This document shows positions 8,948 through 20,162 of a stretch of 64,000 nt of DNA, one piece after another. The notes below the pieces were generated by a model. The model had not been told where the DNA came from. It did not search any database and was given only the letters and a program-made list of their open reading frames with translations. The stretch comes from an uncultured Chloroflexia bacterium (GTDB lineage: Bacteria > Chloroflexota > Limnocylindria > QHBO01): the NCBI GenBank assembly GCA_963825525.1, contig CAWGTN010000002.1, forward strand, positions 704,001 to 768,000. The letters are read 5' to 3'. Numbering within the stretch: the first letter of the stretch is position 1; the number at the start of each line of letters is the position of its first letter. The translations under genes and the position numbers were made by a program.

Positions 8948-9415
8948 TCATCGGGGATCGATCTCGAGCAGTGGCTGCTTGCGCTTCACCAGCGTGCCCG
9001 GCTCGACCAGGATCCGGATCACGGTGCCTGCCGCGTCCGACTTGATCTCGTTGAAGAGCTTCATGGCCTCGATCAGGCCGACCACCTGGCCCTGCTGGAC
9101 GCGGTCGCCCTCCGCGACGTACGCCCGCGCGCCGGGCGACGGTGCGGAGTACCAGACCCCGGTGAGCGGCGCGCTCACGAATCGCATGCCGGGTGACGGC
9201 TCCCCGAATGGGGTGAGCTGCTCCGGCGCCCGTTCGGCAACCGGAGCGGGCGCGGGCGCGCTCGGCGCGATGGCTGCCGGCTCGACGGCCACGCGCGTTC
9301 GGGCAAGCCGAACGTGGAGGTCGTCGACCTCGATCTCGAGCTCATCGAGGCCTTCCTCGTCGAACGCGGGGGCAAGCAAGTCCACCGCCCGCAGAATGGA
9401 TTCCGGATCGCCCAT
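8948..9415 (-). CDS. accB: Biotin carboxyl carrier protein (canonical)
   Basis: IEAMKLFNEI biotinylation motif, thumb loop SAPSPGARAY, and Ala/Pro linker. Confidence 0.93.
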   Translation of the reverse strand: MGDPESILRAVDLLAPAFDEEGLDELEIEVDDLHVRLARTRVAVEPAAIAPSAPAPAPVAERAPEQLTPFGEPSPGMRFVSAPLTGVWYSAPSPGARAYVAEGDRVQQGQVVGLIEAMKLFNEIKSDAAGTVIRILVEPGTLVKRKQPLLEIDPR

Positions 9416-10677
9416 CAGCGGTCGTACCGCCGGAAGACCACCGTGGCGTTGTGCCCACCGAATCCAAAGCTGTTGCTCATACCGATGGCCACCTCGGTCT
9501 GCCGAGCCTCGTGCGGCACATAGTCGAGATCGCACTCGGGATCCGGATGGTCGAGATTGATGGTGGGGGGCACGATCCCGGTCTTGATAGCCTGGATGGT
9601 GGCGATGGCCTCGATGCCGCCGCCCGCGCCCATCAGGTGACCCGTCATCGACTTCGTGCTGCTGATCGGCACCCGGTATGCGCCCTCGCCGAAGAGGGTC
9701 TTGATCGCTGCCGTCTCGGAGCGGTCGTTGGGGAGCGTGCTCGTGCCATGCGCGTTGATGTAGTCGATGTCGCCCGTCTCGACGCCCGCATCGGCGACGG
9801 CCACTCGCATGCTCTCGACCGCGCCACGACCTCCCGGCGCGGGGAGCGTGATGTGGGAGGCGTCGTCGGTCGCCCCATAGCCGACAACCTCGGCGTGGAT
9901 CGTGGCGCCGCGCGCCTTGGCGTGGTCGAGTGCCTCGAGCACCAGGATGCCCGCGCCGTCGCCCATCACGAAGCCGTCGCGCTCGGCATCGAATGGGCGC
10001 GATGCCTTCTCCGGCTCATGGTTGCGCTTCGTCGAGAGCGCGCGCATGGCGCTGAAGGCCGCGACCGGGATCTCGCCGATGCCCGCCTCCGCGCCGCCGG
10101 CGATCATGATGTCGGCCTCGCCGCGCCGGATGATGTTCATCGAATCACCGATGGCATGATTCGCGCTCGAGCAGGCGCTGACCGTCGCGTAGTTCGGACC
10201 CCGGGCATTGGCATAGATGGCGACGTATCCGGCGGCCATGTCGGGGATGAGCGCCGTCACCAGGAACGGGCCGATCCGTTCGACGCCGTGGAGCGCGGCC
10301 TCGGTGACGTCGCGGATCATCGTGTTGATGCCGCCGATTCCCGAGCCGATGATGCAGCCGGTGCGCCACGCCAGGGCGTCATCGGTGATCGGATTCTCGA
10401 TTCCGGCATCCCGCAGGGCCTCGGCCACGGCAGCCCACGCATAGTGGACGTAGCGGTCGTTGCGACGGACCTCCTTCTTCGGCATGACCGTATCGGCCTC
10501 GAAGCCCTTGATCTCGCCGGCGACCTTGCTGGCGGTCTTCACCGGGTCGAAGGTGGTGATCGGGCCGATGCCACTCCGTCCGTTCACCAGTCCGTCCCAG
10601 AATGCGGGCACGTCATTGCCGATCGGGGTCAGGGCGCCCATCCCGGTCACGACCACCCGTCGCTCGCCGTCACGCAT
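9415..10677 (-). CDS. fabF: Beta-ketoacyl-ACP synthase II
   Basis: [27 protein letters not shown] and NSFGFGGHN. Confidence 0.96.
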   Translation of the reverse strand: MRDGERRVVVTGMGALTPIGNDVPAFWDGLVNGRSGIGPITTFDPVKTASKVAGEIKGFEADTVMPKKEVRRNDRYVHYAWAAVAEALRDAGIENPITDDALAWRTGCIIGSGIGGINTMIRDVTEAALHGVERIGPFLVTALIPDMAAGYVAIYANARGPNYATVSACSSANHAIGDSMNIIRRGEADIMIAGGAEAGIGEIPVAAFSAMRALSTKRNHEPEKASRPFDAERDGFVMGDGAGILVLEALDHAKARGATIHAEVVGYGATDDASHITLPAPGGRGAVESMRVAVADAGVETGDIDYINAHGTSTLPNDRSETAAIKTLFGEGAYRVPISSTKSMTGHLMGAGGGIEAIATIQAIKTGIVPPTINLDHPDPECDLDYVPHEARQTEVAIGMSNSFGFGGHNATVVFRRYDR

Positions 10678-11167
10678 CGGTCTGCCCTCCGCCCATCTCC
10701 TGGTCTCGCGGAATGATGATCGACAGCGTCGCCTCGACGGCCACCTCGCCGTCGACGCTGGCGATCCCCCGCACCCGACCGAACATGCCGCGCAGCTTCT
10801 CGACGTTGACCTCGAGCCGAAGGGTATCGCCGGGGATGACCATGCGCCGGAACCGACAGTCGTCGATTCCGGCGAACAGGCCGAGCTTGCCGCGGTACTC
10901 GGGGAGCGTCATCACCGCGACGCCCGCCGTCTGTGCCAGCGCCTCGACCATGAGCACACCCGGCATGATCGGCCTCCCGGGAAAGTGGCCGGTGAACTGC
11001 GGCTCGTTGGCCGTCACCGCCTTGAGCCCGACCGCCCGCCGCCCGGGCTCCAGCTCGACGATCCGATCGACGAGCAGAAACGGGTAGCGGTGCGGAATGA
11101 TGCCCATGATGTCGGCTGCCTCGAGGGGCAGTGTCGGGGTCTCGGTGGACGTGGTATCGGTCGTCAT
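10670..11167 (-). CDS. fabZ: 3-hydroxyacyl-ACP dehydratase
   Basis: [11 protein letters not shown] and [22 protein letters not shown]. Alternative start at 11197. Confidence 0.95.
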   Translation of the reverse strand: MTTDTTSTETPTLPLEAADIMGIIPHRYPFLLVDRIVELEPGRRAVGLKAVTANEPQFTGHFPGRPIMPGVLMVEALAQTAGVAVMTLPEYRGKLGLFAGIDDCRFRRMVIPGDTLRLEVNVEKLRGMFGRVRGIASVDGEVAVEATLSIIIPRDQEMGGGQTDA

Positions 11168-11186
11168 CGGTTCGATTCGGGGCTCC

Positions 11187-12545
<1,359 letters not shown>

Positions 12546-12547
12546 GT

Positions 12548-13501
12548 CTATGCCGATGCCTGCACGGCAGCCGTGGTCCGCAGGAGATCGGCGGCCGCCT
12601 GGACGCTGGCCGCGTCGGTTGCGGGCAGCGCACGGATCTCGGGCGCGATGCGCTTCAGCATGCCGACGAGCGCGGACCCGGCGCCGCACTCGATCGCGAC
12701 GTCGACACCGGCTTCGGCCATTGCCTCTACGCTGCGCACCCACTCGACCGGCGATCGGACCTGCTCGGCCAGCAGGCGGCGGATGCGGTCCGCATCGGTG
12801 AGCAGCTCGGCACTGACGTTGCTGACGACCGGCACGCGGGCGTCGGACCACTCCTCCTGGTCGAACGCGGACGCGAGCGCGTCGGCAACCTCCGACATCT
12901 GCGGCGAGTGGAACGCTCCCGAGACCGGCAGCGGGACGATGCGCTTCGCCCCGGCGGCTCGCAGCGGCTCTTCCGCCGCCTCGAGCGCATCACGCATGCC
13001 GGAGATCACGACCTGGCCGGGCGCATTGTCGTTGGCGACCACCAGCTCGGTCGGCCGGCCCACGCTCGCCACGACCTCGTCGACCGAGGTGCGTGTCAGT
13101 CCGATGACCGCCGACATGCCGCCGCCCGTGCCGGCCTCGGCCATGAGTGCACCGCGTCGTGCGACGAGTCGCAGCGCCGCCGAGAAGTCGAGGACGCCGG
13201 CCGCGACGAGTGCAGCGAACTCCCCCACGGAGTGCCCGGCAACCACGCTCGGCCGGACGGGTGCCAGGGTGTCGAGGACGCGGTACGCGGCGATCGACGT
13301 GGTCAGCAGGCACGGCTGCGTCTGCCGGGTATCGGAGAGGCGCTCGGCCGGGCCATTCCAGCAGGTCTGGCTGACGGACCAGCCCAGCACGCTGTCGGCC
13401 TCGGCGAAGGTGTCGCGGGCGACATCGTGACGCTCGGCGAGCTCACGGCCCATGCCCACGACCTGCGACCCCTGCGGACTGAAGAGCAGCGCAACGCTCA
13501 T
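12548..13501 (-). CDS. fabD: Malonyl-CoA:ACP transacylase
   Basis: PQGSQ, GHSVGE catalytic serine and SGAFHS. Confidence 0.94.
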   Translation of the reverse strand: MSVALLFSPQGSQVVGMGRELAERHDVARDTFAEADSVLGWSVSQTCWNGPAERLSDTRQTQPCLLTTSIAAYRVLDTLAPVRPSVVAGHSVGEFAALVAAGVLDFSAALRLVARRGALMAEAGTGGGMSAVIGLTRTSVDEVVASVGRPTELVVANDNAPGQVVISGMRDALEAAEEPLRAAGAKRIVPLPVSGAFHSPQMSEVADALASAFDQEEWSDARVPVVSNVSAELLTDADRIRRLLAEQVRSPVEWVRSVEAMAEAGVDVAIECGAGSALVGMLKRIAPEIRALPATDAASVQAAADLLRTTAAVQASA

Positions 13502-13965
13502 GCCCGCGCCGCCGCGTGCTCGAGCTCGAGCACCACCTGTCCGTACTCGACCGCCTCGCCACTCTCGGCCACCAGGTTTCGGACGGTGCCGCCCCGCGGG
13601 GCGCGAACGTCGTGCCGGATGCCGAGCATCTCGACGTGGCCCAGGGCATCCCCCTTCTCGACCTCGAGGCCCGGTCCCAGGCCATCGGCGTAGACGAAGA
13701 ATCCGACGGCCGGCGACGCGACCCCGACCGCTGCGGACTGCTCGGAGCGTGCGGCGGCCGGTTGGGCCTCACTCGTCAGCGAGTCGGCACCGGGTGCGGG
13801 GGCGCGGGTCGGCGCTCCGGCGGCGCGTGCGACGCGGAGCTGGAGGTCATCGGTGGAAACCTCGATCTCCCCCAGGCCATAGCGGGTCAGCCGCTCCGTC
13901 AGGGGTTTGACCAGCTCGGACGCAGCTCGTGCGATGGCCTCCAGCGCCTGCTCGTGATCCGTCAT
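13498..13965 (-). CDS. BCCP-like protein lacking the biotinylated lysine (BADC-like)
   Basis: BCCP architecture (LGEIEV N-domain, Ala/Pro linker, SPAVG..VEKGDALG..GEAVEYGQVV), but EMLG replaces EAMK. Overlaps accA and fabD by 4 nt. Confidence 0.88.
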   Translation of the reverse strand: MTDHEQALEAIARAASELVKPLTERLTRYGLGEIEVSTDDLQLRVARAAGAPTRAPAPGADSLTSEAQPAAARSEQSAAVGVASPAVGFFVYADGLGPGLEVEKGDALGHVEMLGIRHDVRAPRGGTVRNLVAESGEAVEYGQVVLELEHAAARA

Positions 13966-14960
13966 GCGCCTCTCTCGTTCTCGTCGTCGGCATCGTTGCT
14001 CGGCCAGATCTCACTCCAACGCGGGCGCCGTGGCACGCCGGGGAGGTGCAGGATGCGCCCGATCCGACGGCGCAATGAAGGCACCTCAGGATGACCGGAA
14101 CTGCTCGCATCCGTCTCGAGGAAGGCCCCCATGCCGCGCAGCCGAGCATAGCGGGTCGCCAGCAGTTCGGCCGTGTCCTGGTCTGACAGGCGTCGCATGG
14201 CCGAGATGATCGCGGCCTTCACCGCGCGGCCGGTGGCGGCATGATCAGTGTGTGCGCCCTCGCCGGGCTCGGCCACGATCGCGTCGACCACGCCGAGATC
14301 GACCTGGTCGTCGGCCGTCATGCGCATCGCCGCGGCCGCGGTTCGCGCCTCATCACGGGATCGCCACAGGATGGACGCGCAACCCTCCGGGCTGATCACC
14401 GAGTAGACGGCATTCTCGAGCGCCAGGACGATGTCGCCGACGCCCAACGCCAACGCGCCGCCGGAGCCGCCCTCGCCCAGCACCACGACCACGATGGGCA
14501 CCTGGAGCCCGGTCATGAGCTTGATGCTCGAGGCGATGGCCTCCGCCTGACCGCGCTCCTCGGCGGCCGGACCGGGAAAGGCCCCGGCCGTGTCGAGGAA
14601 GGTGACCACGGGCATGCCGAGCTTGTCCGCAAGGCGCATCAGGCGCTGAGCCTTCCGGAACCCCTCGGGATGAGGAGACCCGAAGTTGCGGGCGATGTTC
14701 GATTCGGTGTCGGTCCCCTTCTGGTGGCCGACGACCATGACCGGAACGCCATCCAGCGTGGCGGGTCCGCCGACGATGGCCGGATCCTCCCCGAACGCGC
14801 GATCGCCATGCAGCTCGAAAAAGCCGTCGAAGATGAGGTCGATCAGGTCCAGTGACCGGGGTCGCTGTGGGTGCCGAGCCAGTTGGACCCGACGCCAGGC
14901 GTCCTCGACCGCAGCCTCGGTCGCCGGGCCGGCTCGTTCGACGATCGGCGCGCCGGTCAT
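13962..14960 (-). CDS. accA: Acetyl-CoA carboxylase carboxyltransferase alpha
   Basis: LARHPQRP, ELHGDR, PEGFRKA, AEERGQ, GEGGSGGAL and YSVISPEGCASIL. Confidence 0.96.
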   Translation of the reverse strand: MTGAPIVERAGPATEAAVEDAWRRVQLARHPQRPRSLDLIDLIFDGFFELHGDRAFGEDPAIVGGPATLDGVPVMVVGHQKGTDTESNIARNFGSPHPEGFRKAQRLMRLADKLGMPVVTFLDTAGAFPGPAAEERGQAEAIASSIKLMTGLQVPIVVVVLGEGGSGGALALGVGDIVLALENAVYSVISPEGCASILWRSRDEARTAAAAMRMTADDQVDLGVVDAIVAEPGEGAHTDHAATGRAVKAAIISAMRRLSDQDTAELLATRYARLRGMGAFLETDASSSGHPEVPSLRRRIGRILHLPGVPRRPRWSEIWPSNDADDENERGA

Positions 14961-15961
14961 CGGGCCTTCTCGGACGTGGCTTCGGGCACTGCGGGGCTGC
15001 CATTCCCGGCGGCCGGCGGCTGCTCGACGTCGATACCGATCGTTTCGCTCACGGCACCGCCAAAGCGTTCGGCGAAGCCGCTGAGGGCGCCGATCGGACC
15101 CCAGGGTCGCTCCTGCTGGCGCGGCTGTCCGTCATCGACGGCGGCCACCGGCAGCAAGCGAAGAAGCCGCGACAGGCTCGATCGCAGCTCGGGACGTGGC
15201 ACCACGGCGTCGACAAAGCCGTGCTCGAGGAGGAATTCGGCAGTCTGGAAGCCCTCCGGCATCTGCTCGCCGACCGTGTCGGACGCGACGCGCGCGCCGG
15301 CGAAGCCGATGAGTGCCTTCGGCTCGGCCACGATGACGTCGCCCAGGCTCGCGAAGCTGGCGAGCACGCCACCGGTGGTGGGGTCCGTCAGGACGGTGAT
15401 GAAGGGGACGCCGGCGGCGTCGAGGTGCACGAGCGGCGCGGTCGTCTTCGCGAGCTGCATGAGCGCCAGTGTTCCCTCCTGCATGCGCGCGCCCCCGGAG
15501 GCGCTGACGACGATCGCGGGAATCCGCTCCGTCACGGCCGTCTCGAAGCAGCGGGCCAGCTTCTCGCCTACGACGCTTCCCATGCTGCCGCCCATGAAGC
15601 GGAAGTCGAAGATGCCGATTGCCACCCGCTGCCCGTCGATCGAACCGATCCCCCACACCACGGCGTCGCGAAGGCCCGTCTTGAGGCGCGACGCCTCCAG
15701 CCGGTCACCGTACGAGCGATCGTCATGAAAGCCGAGCCGATCGACGGCCTCCAGACCGGCATCGCGCTCCTCGAAGCTCCCCGCGTCGAGCAGCAGATCG
15801 ATTCGCTCACCGACCGACATGCGGAAGTGATGACCGCACGATGGACACAGCCGCTGGTTGCGCTCGAGCTGCTTGTTGAAGACCTGCGCGTCGCAGGTCG
15901 GACATTTCGTCCAGGCATCGGATGGTGCCGCGCGCCGGCTGAATGGGAACTTGATCGGCAA
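14957..15961 (-). CDS. accD: Acetyl-CoA carboxylase carboxyltransferase beta
   Basis: WTKCPTC..CPSC zinc finger, FMGGSMG, SGGARMQEG and PTTGGV. Probable TTG start after a purine-rich RBS. Confidence 0.95.
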   Translation of the reverse strand: MPIKFPFSRRAAPSDAWTKCPTCDAQVFNKQLERNQRLCPSCGHHFRMSVGERIDLLLDAGSFEERDAGLEAVDRLGFHDDRSYGDRLEASRLKTGLRDAVVWGIGSIDGQRVAIGIFDFRFMGGSMGSVVGEKLARCFETAVTERIPAIVVSASGGARMQEGTLALMQLAKTTAPLVHLDAAGVPFITVLTDPTTGGVLASFASLGDVIVAEPKALIGFAGARVASDTVGEQMPEGFQTAEFLLEHGFVDAVVPRPELRSSLSRLLRLLPVAAVDDGQPRQQERPWGPIGALSGFAERFGGAVSETIGIDVEQPPAAGNGSPAVPEATSEKAR

Positions 15962-15980
15962 TCTCTTTCTCTCCGTCACG

Positions 15981-16352
15981 CTATCGATGAAGGAGCTTGT
16001 TGGCGATTGGCGCTCGGCGGTTGCTGCGCCACACCGCGTAGGCGGTGACCCCGACACCCACCGCCGACCCCACCGCGCCGGTGACGATCAGCCTGCCGGG
16101 ATGACGCAGCGCCCAGCCCACCGGGTCTCGCGATCCGCCGTTGGAGGCCAGGCGTGTGCCCAGCTGCGCCTCGAAACGCGGCGATGCAACGGGTGCGCGG
16201 AGGTTGTCGCGCAGATCGCTCGCGACGTCGAGCAGGTCACGCTGTTCGGGGTCGATGCGTGCCGAAGCCGCCGCTGCGGCCGGAGAACGGCCCGAGAGAA
16301 CGAGATCGACGGCGCGATCGAGGCGCTCGACGACCGACGGGGAATGGGTCAT
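15981..16352 (-). CDS. Small single-TM protein, putative anti-sigma factor
   Basis: Helical N-domain (LDRAVD..LLDVASDLR..SPRFEAQL), one Gly/Val-rich TM helix and a short basic tail. Follows the ECF sigma gene. Confidence 0.65.
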   Translation of the reverse strand: MTHSPSVVERLDRAVDLVLSGRSPAAAAASARIDPEQRDLLDVASDLRDNLRAPVASPRFEAQLGTRLASNGGSRDPVGWALRHPGRLIVTGAVGSAVGVGVTAYAVWRSNRRAPIANKLLHR

Positions 16353-16363
16353 GACACTCTTGC

Positions 16364-16390
16364 TAACACCGGCGGGGCCGATACGTTACA
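16364..16390 (-). promoter_or_regulatory. Putative ECF promoter TGTAAC-N16-TGTTA
   Basis: Minus strand reads TGTAAC GTATCGGCCCCGCCGG TGTTA, ending 11 nt before the ATG at 16352. Confidence 0.55.
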
Positions 16391-16426
16391 CGCCGCGCCG
16401 GATGCCGGCCACCGAGGCCGCTTCGC

Positions 16427-17011
16427 CTAACCTGGGCTCGGGTGCTCCTCGAGCAGGGCGGCCAGCTCGCGCAGCGCCCGATGCTGCAGCACGCGCACGG
16501 CACCCGGGCTGCGGTCGAGCACCTCCGCGATCTCCGTCGTGGAGAGACCATCCACGAATCGCAGCACGACCACCTGGCGGCGATCCGGCGCAAGCCGCCC
16601 CACGGCGGTCCGCAGCCGGCGCGCGTCATCGGCCTGGTTGGCCAGGCGAGCCGGATCGCTCGCGGCGGAGATCACGGCTCCCTCGTCGAGGGGGCCGGTA
16701 CGCTGCCGTGACCGCGCCCTGAGGGCGTTGACGAGCTCGTTATGAGCGATCCGAAACAGCCACGATCGAAAGCTCGATCCCGTATCGCGGAAGCCATGCA
16801 GGCCGGCCATCGCGGCGAGGAAGCTGCGCTCGGTCACGTCCTCGGCGTCGTGATGGTCGCCCAGGAGGTAGAACGCGTAGCCGTAGACCGGGTCGAGATA
16901 CCGGCGATACAGGGTTGCGAACGCGGCGCGATCGGCCTGCGCGGCGCGAACCGCCGGGAGGTCCGGGTCCCCCTCACCCCTGGGGCGCGCCGCGGGGCGT
17001 GTCGGGCTCAT
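16427..17011 (-). CDS. ECF RNA polymerase sigma factor
   Basis: AFATLYRRY, DAEDVT, FRSWLFRIAHN and EIAEVLDRSPGAVRVLQHRALR. Start overlaps the birA stop. Confidence 0.92.
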   Translation of the reverse strand: MSPTRPAARPRGEGDPDLPAVRAAQADRAAFATLYRRYLDPVYGYAFYLLGDHHDAEDVTERSFLAAMAGLHGFRDTGSSFRSWLFRIAHNELVNALRARSRQRTGPLDEGAVISAASDPARLANQADDARRLRTAVGRLAPDRRQVVVLRFVDGLSTTEIAEVLDRSPGAVRVLQHRALRELAALLEEHPSPG

Positions 17012-17790
17012 GCGGGCGCACCGGCACGCAGTGCGACGATCTCCCCACCCGTGACCGTGACCGAGCCGGCCGCGGTCCGCACCACGAGCGCCCCACCCGC
17101 ATCGAGGTCGACGGCACGTCCACTGACGCGAGCGCCTCCGGCGTCGATCTCGACGTCGGTCCCGAGGGTCACGCACGCTGCCCGGTAGCGGTCCAGCGGG
17201 GAATGTCCGGCCTCCAGACGCACGATCTCGTCGTCGAGCGCGTCCAGCAGCCGGCCCAGCAGCGTTTCGCGGTTCAGCGTCACCCCGGCCTCCTCGGCCA
17301 GCGAGGTCGCGAGGTGCGCGATCTCCGGCGGCATATCCCGGCGCATCCAGTTCACGTTGATGCCGACGCCGATGACCGCGGTGGTGATCCGGTCACCATC
17401 GAGCTCCGTCTCGATGAGGAGGCCACCGATCTTGGCGCCGCTGCCCGAGACGAGATCGTTCGGCCACTTGAGGCCGATGGATGCCACCGACCCGCACGCA
17501 TCGCGCGCCGCCAGTGCCGCCGCCAATGAGATGAGCGACGCCTCCCGCGCGGCGATTCGCGGACGAACGCCGACGCTCACGGCCAGGTTGACGCCACCCG
17601 GCGACACCCAGGTCCGGCCACGCCGCCCGCGACCGGCGGTCTGAACTTCGGCGACCACGGCGCGGCCCTCCGCGTCGGGCTCATCGAGGAGGCGCCTCGC
17701 CCGGTCGTTCGTCGACCCGATGCTGTCGTGGACCTCGATTCCACGGCCCGCGCGCCGACGTGGTCGATCGGCGGTCTGCCACGGCGTCAT
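17008..17790 (-). CDS. birA: Biotin--[acetyl-CoA carboxylase] ligase (no HTH)
   Basis: GSTND, QTAGRGRRGRTW, LKWPND and KIGGLLIE. TATCGT lies 6 nt before the ATG. Confidence 0.93.
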   Translation of the reverse strand: MTPWQTADRPRRRAGRGIEVHDSIGSTNDRARRLLDEPDAEGRAVVAEVQTAGRGRRGRTWVSPGGVNLAVSVGVRPRIAAREASLISLAAALAARDACGSVASIGLKWPNDLVSGSGAKIGGLLIETELDGDRITTAVIGVGINVNWMRRDMPPEIAHLATSLAEEAGVTLNRETLLGRLLDALDDEIVRLEAGHSPLDRYRAACVTLGTDVEIDAGGARVSGRAVDLDAGGALVVRTAAGSVTVTGGEIVALRAGAPA

Positions 17791-17853
17791 GCGCTCACGA
17801 TACCGCCTCATTGGCCCGGTGAGCACGAGGCGGTGCGCTACACTCGCCGTCCC

Positions 17854-18879
17854 ATGGCCCAGATTCTCGATGCTCGCGACGCCTCGTCCCGCCCGGTGCG
17901 CGAGCGGGTGTTCAGCGGGATCCAGCCATCGGGCGCTTCGCACCTGGGGAACTATCTCGGCGCCCAGGCGAATTTCGTCGCCCTCCAGGATCGGTTTGAC
18001 GCGATCTACGCGATCGTCGACTACCACGCGTTGACGACCGTCCATGACGGCGCGGAGCTCCGCCGACTCGCCCACGAGATGGTCCTCGACCTTCTCGCGG
18101 TCGGCCTCGACCCGGCGCGCTGCGCGCTGATCCGCCAGTCGGACGTTCCCGAGCTCGCCGAGCTGACCTGGATCTTCAACACCGTGACGCCGGTGAGCTG
18201 GGCCGAGCGGACCCCGACCTACAAGGAGAAGCGGGCCCAGGGCATCGAGAACAGCCTCGGCCTGCTCGACTACCCGATTCTTCAGGCAGCGGACATCGTG
18301 ATCTACAAGGCCACCCACGTCCCCGTGGGACGGGACCAGGCAGCCCATCTCGAGCTGTCGCGCGAGGTCGTGCGGGCCTTCAACCGCCGCTACGGACCGA
18401 TCTTCCCGGAGCCGGCGCCCGTGTTCACGGAGGCCCCGACCGTGCTCGGTCTCGACGGGCAGGCAAAGATGAGCAAGAGCGCGAACAACACGATCCCGAT
18501 CTTCGCCGAGCCGGACGAGATTCGACGACTGGTGATGAGCATGGTCACCGACCCGCAGCGCATCAAGCGCACCGACCCGGGTCGACCGGAGATCTGCAAC
18601 GTGTGCCAGCTCCATCGGTTCTTCGGCGAGGACTATCTCCAGATACAGGATGGTGAGCGGACGGCGCGTACCGGTTGCGTCGACACGAAGCAGCTCCTGG
18701 CCGAGCGGATCATCGAGTTCTTCCGGCCGATGCGCGAGGAGCGCGCCCGCATGGCGGCCGATCCGGCGCTGGTCGAGGCCACGCTTGCTGCCGGCGTCGC
18801 GAAGGTGCGGCCGATCGTCGATGCCACGATGCGCGAGGTTCGCGACGCGGTGGGCATCGGACCACACCCACAGCCATGA
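17854..18879 (+). CDS. trpS: Tryptophan--tRNA ligase
   Basis: FSGIQPSG..HLGNY, YPILQAADI, VPVGRDQ and KMSKS. Confidence 0.96.
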   Translation: MAQILDARDASSRPVRERVFSGIQPSGASHLGNYLGAQANFVALQDRFDAIYAIVDYHALTTVHDGAELRRLAHEMVLDLLAVGLDPARCALIRQSDVPELAELTWIFNTVTPVSWAERTPTYKEKRAQGIENSLGLLDYPILQAADIVIYKATHVPVGRDQAAHLELSREVVRAFNRRYGPIFPEPAPVFTEAPTVLGLDGQAKMSKSANNTIPIFAEPDEIRRLVMSMVTDPQRIKRTDPGRPEICNVCQLHRFFGEDYLQIQDGERTARTGCVDTKQLLAERIIEFFRPMREERARMAADPALVEATLAAGVAKVRPIVDATMREVRDAVGIGPHPQP

Positions 18880-20162
18880 GCATGAGCGGGCCGGTCTCGG
18901 GCATCGGCCCCCGCGAGCGCTGGTGGCTGGTCGTGTTCCTGGCGCTGGGGAGCGCCTACTTCGCGTTCCTCGTCGTCGAACGCATCCTGGCCCTGCTCGG
19001 CGGATTCGGGACGATCCTGCTCATCCTGTTCCTGGCATGGCTGCTGGCCTTCGTGATGTCGGCCCTCGTGGCCGGGATGACCGAGCGGTTGGACCTCCCC
19101 CGTCCGACAATCGTGGTCGGTGCGTACCTGCTGGCACTCATCGTGTTCGGCTTCGTGGTGTTCTACACCGGGGCGGCGATCACCCAGCAGGTCGCCGAGC
19201 TGGCTCGCAACTATCCTGCAGCGGAGCGAGACATCCTCCGCGTCCTTGCCGAGTGGGAGAGCGGACTCCAGCTCGGGCGCCTTCGCATCGACCTCACGGA
19301 CCTCTACGGGACCGCGCTGGCCGGGCTGGCGCAGATCGGCAGCGACCTCGTGGAGCAGGCCCAGGACATCGCCGGTGTCACCATCGCCGCCCTGGGATCG
19401 CTGCTGCTCATCATCGTCATCTCGCTCTACATGGTGATGGACTCGCAGCGCATCCTCGCGCGGCTGCGCAGCATCGTGCCACGCCGCTACCGGGACGAGG
19501 CCGACCTGCTCGAGCGCAGCATCGTTCGGGCGTTCGGTGGCTTCCTCCGCGCGCAGCTGATCCTGGCCGTGCTGCAGGCGGTGCTGGTGGCGGTCATCGG
19601 CAGCGTGTTCGGTATCCCCTACCTGTTCCTGTGGGCCACCCTGAGCGCCCTGGCCATGCTCATCCCGTTCTTCGGTCCGCCGCTGGCCCTCCTGCCCCCG
19701 ATCCTGGGCGCAGCGCTCTTCGCGGGGAGCTCCCTCATCCCGGTGGCGATCCTGTTGCTGGCCTTTCAGACGCTCATCGTCAACTGGCTCCAGCCTCGAC
19801 TCATGCGCGGAGCCCTGGGCCTCCATCCCATCCTCGTGCTGGTCGGGCTGCTGATCGGCGCCCAGGTGGCTGGCGTGTGGGGCGCGCTGTTCGGCATCCC
19901 CGTCATTGCCGTGCTGTGGGTCTTCGTCAGCTACGCGGTCTTCCGCACCGTCCCCAACGCGGCGCTCCCCGAGCGGGAGCGCCTGACCGATGTCGACGAG
20001 CACGTCATGGTGCGCGTCGCAAAGGAGCAGGTCGGCGACGAGACGCACCCGCACATCCACGTGACCCGAACGCGGCGCGCGGATGGGACCGAGCAGGTCG
20101 AGCTGAGAATGACCGATCGGGAGAACGAGGAGGGATCGGCCCCCAGCGAGGCCGGCGGCTAG
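18876..20162 (+). CDS. AI-2E family transporter
   Basis: IPFFGP, LQPRLM..LGLHP and GALFGIP, with multiple TM helices. Start overlaps the trpS stop. Confidence 0.9.
   Translation: MSMSGPVSGIGPRERWWLVVFLALGSAYFAFLVVERILALLGGFGTILLILFLAWLLAFVMSALVAGMTERLDLPRPTIVVGAYLLALIVFGFVVFYTGAAITQQVAELARNYPAAERDILRVLAEWESGLQLGRLRIDLTDLYGTALAGLAQIGSDLVEQAQDIAGVTIAALGSLLLIIVISLYMVMDSQRILARLRSIVPRRYRDEADLLERSIVRAFGGFLRAQLILAVLQAVLVAVIGSVFGIPYLFLWATLSALAMLIPFFGPPLALLPPILGAALFAGSSLIPVAILLLAFQTLIVNWLQPRLMRGALGLHPILVLVGLLIGAQVAGVWGALFGIPVIAVLWVFVSYAVFRTVPNAALPERERLTDVDEHVMVRVAKEQVGDETHPHIHVTRTRRADGTEQVELRMTDRENEEGSAPSEAGG

Noticed and set aside
17791-17853. T-box upstream of trpS or a BirA operator
   Set aside because: Only 63 nt separate the divergent starts, both genes look leaderless, and BirA has no HTH.
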